A DNA stretch of 64,000 nucleotides. Source: Trichosphaerium sp. ATCC 40318 (Eukaryota; Protista; Tubulinea). This document shows, one piece after another, positions 23,192 to 35,600 of the stretch; the first letter of the stretch is position 1; every line of letters begins with the position of its first letter. The stretch spans positions 434,001 through 498,000 of the forward strand of contig JALMLS010000143.1 of assembly GCA_038496445.1 (NCBI GenBank), given 5' to 3'. The position numbers and the translations under genes were made by a program. Under the pieces are notes generated by a model. The model was given only the letters and a program-made list of their open reading frames with translations, was not told the origin of the DNA and searched no databases.

Positions 23192-26100
23192 TTATATTTT
23201 AAAGTCTACCAAGTCCCATATTTTATGCCACAGTGTAGTTAACTTCTTCTCTGGAGGTGGATCATATGCTTTAAGCTTATGATCAACACCATTAGAGGTA
23301 GTACCAGATACTTTTGTCTTCAATGTTTGTTCAGGTGATGCTGCCTTGTATGAGTATTTTTTAGTCAATGCAACCTCTTCTGGTTCATCTGTTTGGTACT
23401 CTTCTGAAATAATACGATCCTTATAATCCATTCTACAAAAGATTATGAGTTACAGCTTACCAGACAACAAAAATTAAAAACAAACAAATGAATGGCGTAA
23501 AAAAGGTTTTTTTTTTCTTTGTTGAAAATCAAAAATGATTCATGTTCACGTACTCTTTGAACATTTTGGTCATTACTTCAAGTACCAAGTGTCTTAGATG
23601 AGAACGTGTTTCACGAAGCTCAGACATAATACGCCATGCGGTATTAAGAGTTAGAAGAGTGGACATTGTCTTTAGTACAAAGCTTCCTTCTTCAAAAGCA
23701 CGAACACTGTAAAAAAATAAGCGTCAGAGGGATAAAAACAACTAGGTCGTACCCAAAGTAAGATACGAAAGGCAAAGAGCAGAAGAAACCGACACCAACG
23801 AAGAAACCGTAGAAATACATAATAATGACAGTGTAAAGTGCGTAGAGCGAAGGTACAACAACCAATCCAATTACAAGCTAAGATGAAGTGTGAGTTGAGG
23901 TTGTTTAATTATTTGTAATAATAAAGAACCTTTTGAGATGCTAATACATCAAGACCCTTTATCTTTACTGTTGACTTGTTCAATGCTTCAATTTGCTACA
24001 AACAAAGAGTCAGAAAAGTTACGCAAAATAGTAGCCAACTGTGTTGGTTTGTGGCTAAAATTTTGATGGCACGTGTGTTCGATGGTACGGTTATAAAGAT
24101 ACTCAAAAAAGATATTCGAGTATATTTGGCCGTATTTCTCTCTTGTTAAGTTTAAACAAGCCACAAAATGATGACGTCATCATTGACGCTTGTTGAAGGA
24201 CAAAACAAAAGAAATGCCAACCATGTCGCGGGTTTTTTTACCTTTTTCTTTGAGAGGTAACGGACGATTAATCCAGCAGGTGCGTTGATTAGGATAGAAG
24301 GGAATGATAGTATAGCGGCTAATACAACCAAAATAAATCTTGTTACAGTCAACTTCATGAAAGTAAAAATGCCAATCTCTGGGTAAGCAACCTTAGAAAA
24401 AAAAGTTAGTAGAGCCAGAAAAAAAATCATTGTCTTGGACACCACGTGTTCAAGTGATAAAAACCACGCACGTGATGGTCTGTAAGTCCATATCTCTTTA
24501 GTTTACTGATGTAATCTCTAATTTCTTTGATAGGCTCTTGGAACTCTGGTTTATCGTTGAAACGCTTCCATCCCTCTGAAAGAAAAAAAGTTAAGAAAAA
24601 GTTGACAAAAAAAAACAAACTTTTCTCTTTAATGACTGTACCTGATAGACGTCTACGTAATGCCATAAATTCTTTTGGAGATAGTACGTAGTTTACAGGT
24701 TGGTATAGACGTCTTAGAATGTGTACGACTTCGAAAGATTCGAAGTCAGGCATGTTTACTGTTACCTATAAAAAAAAGTAAGAAAAAAAAATGTAACGGT
24801 CAATAAGTGATAGTTGTTTTTATGATACCACTGAGATTTTGAAAAATAGAACTGCGGTATGGGTGATGGTATTAAATATACGTACCTTTTCCAAGCCTTC
24901 CTTGATTGATGAAAGAAATTCATCGCCTGTAATAAAGTGTCAAATGTTGGTATCGAAAAGTTTAATTAATTTGAGCATCGTACCCGCTTTGTACTTATTC
25001 GCTGATACACCTGTTTTATATAGATCGAGTAGGTGTGGTGGTATGCTCAGTGGAGTACCAAACTCTACGACTACACGACCGCTTAAAGACATGTGAGAAG
25101 ACAACACATAAATTGTGAACAGATACCAAATCTTTAAAATTAACGCTTTTTGAATGCGTACCGAAATTTGTGGCCTTTAAAGTACGTTAATCCCACTGGC
25201 ACAATACGTACATTTGTATTGTAGTTAACAGCAGCATCCTAAACTTTCGATTAAAACAGGAATAACGGAGGAAAAAAACGAATCAAACAAAAAAGTTTCA
25301 CGTCAACTTTAAACCAAAAATAAAATTTCGCGAAATAGCGTACAAAAGCTATCCTAGATACACCGGCTTTGAAAGGAAGTAATTCTGGTCTATCATGGGA
25401 CCCACCCTCAGGGAATATACCGACACTAGAGACAAAAAAAAATAAGAAAAAAGAAGAAAAAAAGACGTTGTGAAAAAAACAAAAAATCAATCAATTTTCA
25501 TTTTTTGCGTTATAGCGTTTATCACGTGCCAGTGACCTTCTTTCAAACGATTACAAACTTCTTCAAAAGTTTTTGAGTGGTCAAGTTTAGGGTACACCTA
25601 CAAGTACAACGTGAGTTTCGTATGAACACGTCAACATGTGTTAAAAAACGAAAAAAAAACTTCAAACAAAAAGGATTGCTAACAGCACCTTAAACGCGAA
25701 ATTAGCCATTTCAGTATCCCAGGTACCCTTAATAACGATCTCTGTATCAGATAAGACCTATTGTAACATTAGCAAACAAGAAATAACGCCCAACCAACAA
25801 TTTCGAGCAAAAAAAAAAAACCCACAAAAACACCTCATACCTCTACCACACGTATTGGTTTGAATGATCCTTTGTAATTTTTATCGTTTTTCGGTTTTGT
25901 AGGACAGATTGCATCGCCAACGTTTACTTGCTTCAAAAACTGTGTGCCAGTACCTGTTACCTTTACTCCTGATACCTCAATAGTACCAACGCCCTTGACA
26001 AAAAGTGTAAACGTAAATAGAGTTGAGTTTTTTTCTTTTTAGTACAGCTTTTGCGACGTCTTTAGGCCTCGTTACTGGTATACTGTTTACTGCGCGAGCA

Positions 26101-26484
26101 AACCAACCCACAATAGCGCGTTTCATAGACCTGAAGGCGTAAACGTCAACTTTAGCTGTTAAACTCGTACGAAGCAGCAATCATGAATCCAGGCTTCCTT
26201 GGTGCCTTTGTAATGAGTAGAAGTGCATCCTTGGCTTTTGTTAGTATTTTTTGTACTGAAGGTAGCCAAGTCCTCTATTCCGTACCACGAACTGATTTTG
26301 ATGGTTTCCTAGCGTCCAAAGGGTAAGAAAAACGAGAAATAGTTTACTTGAACGTGCCGACAAATATCAAAGGCCCATCAGTAGGCACTTCAGAAGCGCC
26401 TACAATCTCTATACTACGAAAGAAGATGTGCAACAACATATCCAGGAAGCCATAGACCATCTGAACAAGTATCCCGTCCAACAT
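23192..26484 (-). CDS. Glycerol-3-phosphate/DHAP O-acyltransferase, fungal Sct1/Gpt2 type
   Basis: IFFRSIE...VPTDGPLIFVG-NHQNQFVD, SMKRAIVGWFARAVNSIPVTRPKD, GIFPEGGSHDRPELLPFKAGV, C-terminal TM helices. Confidence 0.88.
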
Positions 26485-26698
26485 TATTGCGTGTGACGTT
26501 CAAGGTGCAATGACCGTTCCCGTATTCTAAAATAACTTACAGAACTTGGTCTTTGACTTTTTTCGTACCACCTGTACTGTTTTTTTTGGTTTTATTTGCA
26601 GCTCTCGCATGCTCCTATAGCGCTAAAACCCCTACATTTTTGATAGAAACCATTTAGCAATAATACCGCCAACGGCATTTTCAATTTGGTAAAACAAT

Positions 26699-27551
26699 AT
26701 GAGTGAAGGTGCGGCACCAAAGACGCTATTTAAGAAACGAAAGCCTAAAAAGCGGAAGCTTCGAGAAAGAAGGCAAACAGATGGAGACGACGATGAGCCT
26801 CAAGATATACAGTATGTTACTCAAACGCCTACCAGCATTCTCTTTGCTATTTTTTGCAAACTATCGAAGTCTCCGTGTCATTTCGCTCAAAAAAGCGTGT
26901 GCTAATCCCCACCGCGTAGAGCGCTCGTAGAAGAAACAAAATTAGTCCAACAAGTGAGACAACGTGCAAAGGTACACCACACTTTCCCAAATCACATAAA
27001 AACGCATAAAATCATCAAAACTACGCTCAATAACTCAATGGCACTAATAAAAAAAAATAAAACAGGGTACTAACTTCAACGAAACTCAAAAAACGGATGA
27101 AGAACAGATAAATAATAAACCACTCCATCAATTTACATCTTTACTTCCAGGCGCAAATATGCCTGCAGCACTGGAATCAAAAATGTACGTACTAGCTAGC
27201 TGCAATAACATTGTTGCTGTGAGTTGTAGTAGCGAGAATGTAGAATGCTGACACGTGTTTGATAGGAATGAGTATATCGAAACTGAAATACAAAAAAAGA
27301 GAAGAAAAACAGAAGACGGGTATGTAGAAGTGGGTGATGCAAAAGTAGAAGATAGTACTGTAGATAATAATAATGATGAACAAAATGTGACTGGTGATGG
27401 GGTACAGGAAAAAGAAAAAAGCTCGTAACTTGAGAACTAAAATTGTAAAGAACATTGTAAAAAAAAAAAGAAAAAAGTGTTTGCACGAAACGAGTTCTCA
27501 ATTTCATGTACTGACAAGAAGCTCTGCTTTCTTATGCTCAAAGTTCTGTTA
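26699..27551 (+). CDS. C9orf78/Tls1-like splicing factor, apparently lacking its C-terminal half
   Basis: LFKKRKPKKRKLRER...ALVEETKLVQQVRQRAKG...ESKMNEYIETEIQKR resembles the C9orf78 N-terminal half; no GIPEVDL-type segment was found downstream; 3' end is uncertain. Confidence 0.5.
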
Positions 27552-27989
27552 AGATACTTTCTTTTCTTAAAAAGCAAATTGTCGTATCTAATAGTGCATC
27601 TTTTTTTTTGTCGATTTTAACAACAACCTTTTGCAACAACACTATGATGGCTTACTTGGAATTGCAAAACCAGTGCTTGTATTTTTAAAAGGCAATCTGT
27701 TGCTTAAATCTCTAAATATTTGATTTACAATCAAGTGGTGCCAGAGAAACACTCTTGATAGCATCTGATCGGCTTATTTTCAACTTGGAAACAATGAACA
27801 CTGGTTGTAAGTATAGAACGCCTGTGATGGCATACTACAAAGCAATAATCAAATGGTGTCAGAGTAGTAACACTCCTGAAATCCAATTGCATCCAAGTCT
27901 TTGAGGTGCCAACATCCAATAAGCTCAACTGACTTGAGAGATTTTAAGTACTTCATCAATATCATTACAAGTCAAAGATGTTCACTTGC

Positions 27990-28137
27990 GGCATGAGAAA
28001 TTTAAGCTTGTTCATCTTTATATCTCCAAGGGCAGCTCTGAAATCAATCTTATATTCGTATTGCGTGACAACTTCAAGATGTCCAAAGATATAGCATGCC
28101 TGGCGCAGAATTCTCTTTCACTGTCGGAGAACATTGT
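27990..28137 (-). pseudogene. Degraded, rearranged fragment of the LRR-BTB gene family (cf. 61928-62725)
   Basis: Reverse complement of 28070-28137 aligns with deletions to 62140-62231; 28048-28069 is a 22-nt exact reverse-complement match to 62696-62717. Confidence 0.7.
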
Positions 28138-28628
28138 TCGCACTTCTCCACAAAAAGGACTATAGCAAGTTTCACCAATATTATGGTAACAGTAATCTTA
28201 CCACAGACATTGTTGTTCTCATTCATAAGCCAGTTTGCAACTTACAATTACGTAAAATCGAAACGGAGATTTTCTGAAAATTACTTGTTGCCTATTTGGA
28301 ACTGGCTTGAAAATCGTATGTATTGTTTTCAACACGTACCCTCATAGTACTAAAACATCCGTGCATATAAATTCTAACGAACACTACCGTACTAACCGAG
28401 CTTTCTATTCAGGAATAAACCGGTTCGGAATTTCAACCGTTTTTACCCTTTGACCGTTCTATGAGTTAGCTCTCTACCTGATAACACTAACAAATGATTT
28501 AGGCTAAAGTGAGATTAGGATGTGACAAAAGAATGGAAGATCATTGAGAATAGTTCCGTAGATATCAAATGTCAACTTACTTCTCGAAGTTGTAAAATGT
28601 CAAAGTGAGTCTTTTTTCTGAGTTGCAA

Positions 28629-29224
28629 ATGGCCAATAATAACGTTAACGCATACTATATTGATAGACTTACAAGACTGCAAGAGCTATGTGACAGGTAT
28701 AGAACCGCTTATGAACAAGAAAGAGAGGACAAAAATGCACAAATAGAACAACTTCAAATCTTCCATAGACAGTATGAAGAGCGCACTGAGAGCGAAAAAG
28801 GACAAATGCAGGAACAAATTAATATCTTGACTGTAAGTTTAACCGTTTCTTTGTTTTGTCAAAAAAATAGCATTATTTCAATTGCTCACACAATGGTTAA
28901 AGGCTCGCCTACGCGAAAGACAACCAGTAGCACCTGTTCAGCGATACCGACATGACCAACAAGTAGAACCAGCATATAACCATCCGAGGAGACATAGTTT
29001 TACCACTGGACATGTACACGTCCATTCAACGCCTGAGCTGAATAGGTAAGGTGTTCTTGTAAGGTTAAATCTCACGATGAATTCTATTAGTGAGAAACAG
29101 TTTGATCCTCTTGATTATGACCCTAGAACCAGCCAGCAACAGCTGTATGATTGGGTGCGTCATATAGACATTAATACAAAACAATTGTTCGCCATATTAA
29201 TTTGTGATAGCAACAAATGCCTTG
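28629..29224 (+). CDS. Uncharacterised coiled-coil protein
   Basis: Heptad-rich exon YYIDRLTRLQELCDRYRTAYEQEREDKNAQIEQLQ followed by in-frame GT-AG-bounded exons; no family recognised; ends approximate. Confidence 0.45.
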
Positions 29225-29599
29225 ACGCCATCTCGTAATAATTGTACCACCGAGAGCTTGTAAAACAGTGAATTCTTAATGTTATTGTAGCATTTTTAGC
29301 TTGTTTTTGAGTAGTCCCGCTGTAGGAGCAGCTGTTGCCTATAATATCAAGTGATAGCTCGTTCTATGGCGTTTTAGCTGTAAAGACCTCCCAAGTTACA
29401 ACTTTTTCGTGTAGTGTATTAAATCGCGTAATTATGTGTTTTCAGACAACACAGAAGGTTTGAGGACAAAACCTGAGGCTTGCTAAACAACTTTCGCGAG
29501 AAGTGATAGTAAATGAAAGTAAAACTTTTTTTTCAAACTCATGACATTTCATTTATTGTTTGTCTTGAAATACGATTTTATAAGCTTCAAGGGTTTATA

Positions 29600-31605
29600 T
29601 TAGCTTTGTTTTTGCTTCTTGGATGTGCAAAAACAACAAGCACAACAGCAATATAGCGTATACATGCTTAAAATGAATATTAAAAAAGTTACTGCGTAAA
29701 CAATATAACCCCATTTATACTTTGGCCACTTTGCCCAATCAGGTCCCTCTGTGCACTCCTCTGTAGAAGGTTCAAATGAACCTTCTTTCATATTTGCAAA
29801 AGGTAGCACATGTTCAATGACAACCTTACAAAGAGTTCAGTAACAGCAGAAGCGGTTGGTGTAAATAAAAGCGAAATTTACCTTTTTCTTGTCACGGATT
29901 TGAACTATCACATTCTTTGCTTCCCAGTCTATTTCAATGACACCAAAATTTAATCCAGTGTACACATCAAGTTGTGTAACAGATTTCATCGGATTTTTTA
30001 ACAGCCACTCACAAAGATCTAAAAAAGGATAAAAATAAAAACCTGTCACGTGACTAAAAAAAAATATCTAGGTTAAGTTTTTTCGTACTTCCTGGGAGTT
30101 GAGTGCCACAGGTATGAGTGATACCGGATGAAGTGACTTCAAAAAGGGGATATGCAAGTTCTTTGTTGTAGATTGAGAATGTTTCACCTGTCAAAGCATT
30201 TAACAAACACAAAGCAATTTTTGTGTACCATGATGAACGTCACCAGATAGAATTATGGCACCTGGTACTTTAGTATCACCTATAAGTTTGAAGAGTCGCT
30301 TTCTAGCATTTGGAAAACATGACCTAGGCCAATAAGACAAAAAACGAAAATGACGAAAGTGTCAAAATGTCATGTACCATTTTTCAATGAATGCAATGTC
30401 ATTGGGTATAACTTGTGTACCAGATCCAATCAAATGAATTTGAGCCGTGGAGTTTGTTAATTGGTCCTCTAATGACATAAGAAGGAAATAAATTGCGTCA
30501 ACACAGAAATGACCGAAGTAGAAAAAAAAGTTTGACAATTGAACACATAGTAATAACTAACCTAACCAAGCCCATTGGGCTTCACCCAGGATATTACCAT
30601 CTCCAGTGTAACCTTCTCTAAAATATCGAGTATCAAGTAGTATTATCTTGACTTGATTTGGAGGTTCTCCATACGACTGAGGTTTGAGTGAGTTGAAAGA
30701 AAGAGAAAAATAGTATCAAAAATCTGCTTATTATCTTCAACGTACGTAGCTCCCATAAAGGCCTGTTCATATTACTTAATTAGATACACACGTCATGGAG
30801 GGAAAGGGTACCTTCTCTTGAGCGTCTAACGCTGGTTTCTGGCTCATCAACAAAATCCATAAAAATTTCTTTAACTTCGTTTTTGTATTTGTAAGTGTAA
30901 TCGCCGTCATTCCTTCAAACTGTCACAGATTGTAACGCCAATAATTGATTACGTACATGCCATAGTCATGATCATCCTAATAGAGGTAAGGAGATGACGA
31001 CAAGCCAACAAAAAGCAAAAAACATACCCAAACGCCAATTATTTTTGAAATGCCTCTCAATTTAGTGTACGCAGGCTTGTTCTTTTGTTCATTGTAAATG
31101 TCTTTCATCTCATCAATAGTAGAACTCTCCCAGTAAGTTCTGGATTGTAGAAAGTCAATTAGAACGTCAAAGCACAAGTCTAAGCGTAAAACGTACGGAT
31201 ATGTCATTTTGTCAGCGTAGACAACGTCACCAAGCCAGACTACACAAAACGCGTAAGCAAGTATCAGATATACCGTATTTAGTATATATTCATGCTTTAG
31301 AGCGGGTTTTAGATTGTCCGCAAGAAAAGGGTACATAACGCATATAAACGCTTTCCTGTGTTAGCATACGCGTGCTTACGTACCCCAAAGGTCAGGTTTG
31401 TAGTCTACGATGTCATCCCACATGTCTTGAGGCAATTTGCGTCTATTGCAGCTTCCAAACGCGATTTTAGATACTCCATCGCTAATTACTTCATCTGCTG
31501 GAACCTGGCACTCAGTAAGCGCTAAAACTCATAGTAAATACGTACACAGTATACTACTTGTATTAACACAATAAGTGTCGCTACTAGGCGACCAAGCACA
31601 GTCAT
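29600..31605 (-). CDS. PhoD-family alkaline phosphatase/phosphodiesterase, signal peptide plus C-terminal TM anchor
   Basis: IAFGSCN, VWLGDVVYAD, GVWDDHDYG, LLDTRYFR, LGEAQWAWL, ILSGDVH, EVTSSG; TM followed by CCCACCFC tail. Confidence 0.92.
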
Positions 31606-31767
31606 TCACCTAGTTGCAACCTTCAATGAAGACAAAGTGAGTAAGTGAGCAACTTAGTTTGCGCCAGTCATTGTGACTTCAATGAAAACAATTTACGTTA
31701 AACTTGTTATCCAGTGTAGTATGTACACAAAAACTTGATTGCTCAAGTGTATTTTAACCTCGCAATC

Positions 31768-32310
31768 TTAGTGTAAGTGTAAAATACCATAAAAGGAAGA
31801 CAGTTTGAATATAAAAAACGGAAATAGACAAAAATGGTCAGTTTGCCTCTCAGGATTTGTTGCATTTGCGAGTCTGTCAATCAATACCTGTTTGTTTCCT
31901 TGCTTGTTAAGGTTCAATGTACTATAATGTCTTGCAGAGAATGATTTTTTCTTGTTTTCTACCATTTCCGGGGTCAGGTGAGCACGGCCTGAAAACACTT
32001 TTGTGTAAAAATCGTGACAAATTACTACACCATTCTTTGGCCTTACTTTTTCTCTTCCCTGTCTTATTGTCCCAATCAAGGCATTCATAGTGGTACCATA
32101 TATCACAGTAATCTCATCGTATCATCGCTTTGTCTGTTACTTCTTTTCTACTGTCGGCAATCTTCAAAACAATGAAATTTTGGTTTTTTATCTCTTTTCT
32201 GTGATGTTCACTTAACGAAGCTTTCTACCTTTTCTTCTGATAACGCTTTTACTTTCTCGGATAGGAGCTCACACACCTCCTGTGCTAATACTATATTGTT
32301 GCCTATACCA
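31768..32310 (-). other. Possible degraded gene with a SAP-like motif
   Basis: LNLNKQGNKQVLIDRL resembles the SAP domain C-terminal half; could not build a continuous spliced frame. Confidence 0.25.
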
Positions 32311-32692
32311 TGTCTGTTGCACTTCCGTGACAAAAAACTTAAGTCACGAGATAGTCCACAGTTTTTTTTCAAAATCAGACAAACACGTGGAGTTGGAATC
32401 TGTTTTGGATCACCAGTATTTTAGCCACTATCCAAGTAACCACTCAACAATCTTACCCTAGATATTTTTCTTACGCATGAAAGATGCCACCTTAACCTTA
32501 GAGTTAGTTTTCTTTGGTTTATTGCGATACTCGCACAACAGGTTAAAAATGCGCACGTGATGAGTTTTTGAAGATTGTTAGGAAGTTTTGACAGGGTTTT
32601 ACCATAATTTTCAACTACCGGAAAGAGCTAACATCGGAAAGCAATTACAGTACAACTAAACAGTAGCCTGTAAAGCTTGGCAACGAAGTATT

Positions 32693-35600
32693 ATGGCCAC
32701 TACTGAAAAGCCACGCCTTGGTAAAACCTATAATTGCGCCTGCTGTTTCAGAAAAATTAAACATGGTGAAATACGCTATGGGTGTACCTCTAGTTCATGT
32801 ACAAAGATTAGTTTTTGCGTTCAATGTAAAAACGCGAATATTCATTCAAAACATACTCTTTTCCCTGAAGAAGGTACTTATTAGCTAATCAGACCGCCTA
32901 AACTATCGTTTAAAGTATAGTTTGATTCGAAATGTTAACGCCTGGTTAATATAGTGTTTAAATATCATCGAAAACACCTAGTTTCAGCTGATACAGTATC
33001 AGGATCACTGTGGTACGTCAGGCTTTACGCTTGTTTGTTAATTGAATCGTAACGTATCAAAAAGGAAGGCGTTCCTTCTCTACGCCAATAGGCCAGCTAT
33101 TGGTTATCAAACACCTGAAATGACAGAACCAAAATGGCTTTCTTACAGAGATCTACATAAGCTTGTTTTTCGATTTCGTTGTGTTCTTTCAGAACGTCTT
33201 GGATTATGTCGTGGAGACTTTGTTGGTATTTCAAGTGCTAATTGTATCGAATGGATAGTAGCTGACTTGTCTTGTATTACACTTGCAATCATCCCCGTGC
33301 CAATACACGTGCCTTTTGGTAATTGTTTTTTTTAATGATCTTTTTTGGTCATAATTTCTCTGTTGATTTTTCCGCTTATGCTGTGGTCAACACTTTAATG
33401 TACTATCCTTAGATGCAACCCAAATATCGACAGTTGTAGATAAGACAAAAATGACGTGTGTTGTATGCTCAAAGGCTTTGAGTGAAAAGGCAAGTTTAAA
33501 CTGTACTGAAATCAAATACCAACATACTTGAGGTAGTTTCTGAATGTTAGAGAGCAAACCTATTCGCTAAAGAAATTGGTTGTGATAGGAGATGTTGCTA
33601 CCGACAAGAGCAAGAATATATATTCTTATACATCGCTTATGGATGATATAACAGAACCTACAGATGAGCAACTAAAGTTCTTTATCGATCCTTCTTCACC
33701 GAACGATATATTTGCTGCAGAGACAACAAGTGGCTCCACTGGCGTGCCAAAGGCAACTACATATTTCTAATTAGTGTACATGTATCTAATATTGCTTGTT
33801 AGTGCGTTATGTTTAAAGCAGGCGCTTATCTATGTGATGCTCTTCGTGTTTTTTATGGACAAGGAAACGTTTTGCTACATGCTCCTTTTGCTTATTGTAC
33901 TCGAAGAACAATAATTAGATCACTTATTCATGGAACACGTCTTGCCTTATCAACTAATGCAAGTATAAGTTGGTGTCCCCTTTATGCCTTTCTAATATAT
34001 AAGTTAGGGATCAGCCAATGTGTTTCAAGATATGTATGTGTTCAAGCCAACAAGAATAAGTGGTATGCTTTTTTTTTCTTCTTTGAAATAAATTTATTTG
34101 TTGTTTTGTTTGCACTTACTTGAGTGGTAAGGTGTCCCTCGATTTTGGAAAATATTATATTTAAGATATCAAGATCTACTCGAGGAACACAAAAGAAGAA
34201 ACAAAAGTGATACAGTAAGTAGTGCTGCCGTTGTAAAAAAGTGAGTTCACAGTACGAAAATATTAGCCTTTTGATGAAAATGTTGTACGGACAGATTTTT
34301 ACGAGAGGCTTGGCGGACAGCTTGCTGGTATATCTATTGGAGGTGCATCGGTACCAAGAAAGATATTGAAATGGATGAAGAGGTACAAAGCATTTTTCAT
34401 TCAAATCTAACGTGTGTAGCACATTTGGTGAAACGACGGATATTTATGAAGGCTATGGTATGACTGAAATCGGCGGTATTTATTCAAACAATCAGATCAA
34501 ATCAGCTGCACATGTTAAACTTGTTGATTGGCAAGAGTATAAAGCAACAGATAAACCTTATCCACGTGGTAAATATCGTCAAAAAAACATTAAAAAAAAA
34601 AAAAGGAAGTTTCTTTTTCTATTCAGTAACTCTTTGTACAGGTGAGATTTGTGTTAAGGAACCATCCATGTTTTGTGGTTATTATGGAGACGAAGCAAAG
34701 ACGTAAGTTACAGACTTGTGCTAACTGTGCAGTATAAATAATAAACGAAAAGGGCTGAGGTTATTGATAAAGAAGGGTATTTCCACACAGGCGATATAGG
34801 AAGACTTGATAATGGTAACCTTGTCATTGTGGATAGGTATGTTTTTGAACATACTACAAAATTCATGTATTCTAAACATTGTTTAGGAAAAAGTCGTTGT
34901 TCAAGCTTTCTCAAGGAGAGTTTATTGCGTATGTACAAACATGTTTTAAATAATTTATATTATTGTAGGCCTGAATGTTTGGAGAATATTTACGAACGGA
35001 GTGAGTTTATAGATCAGATATTTATTTGGGGGGACGTCCAAAAGAGTTATATTATTGCAGTTATCATCCCAAATGAGGAAGCTGTCCTAAATTGGATTCA
35101 AAACAACAAAGAACCTCCAGTGCGTTGCATTAAAACCCCAAATCCCTTTTAATATGGTTTGGTTTAGAAGAGTGTTGATGACGCCCTCATGGACAAAAGG
35201 TTGATAAATGATATTATGAATACTATAAACGATCTTGCTAAGAAAGCACATGTGCGTCATTGAGCATCATTTCTTAGGGACAGTCCGGAAGGACAGAGAC
35301 GAGTTATTGTTGTGCTAAGATTATTAAATCTTTACTAGGTCCGGCGCTATGAAATACCTTCTGGTATAATACTCTCAAACCACAGGTGGACACCGATGAA
35401 TCAATTATTAACGCCTTCTCTAAAGCTAAGAAGACCGTTACTGGAAAAACATTATCGTGCTTCATTAGAAAAAGAAATGGAAGAAATAGACAACCAAAGT
35501 GGTTCTGTTACAGCTAATACTAAAGGTACAATGGTGGGTTATTTGCGGGTTTTCTTTTATAAGTATTAACACTAATTAAGCTACTGGAATGGCGTCAATC

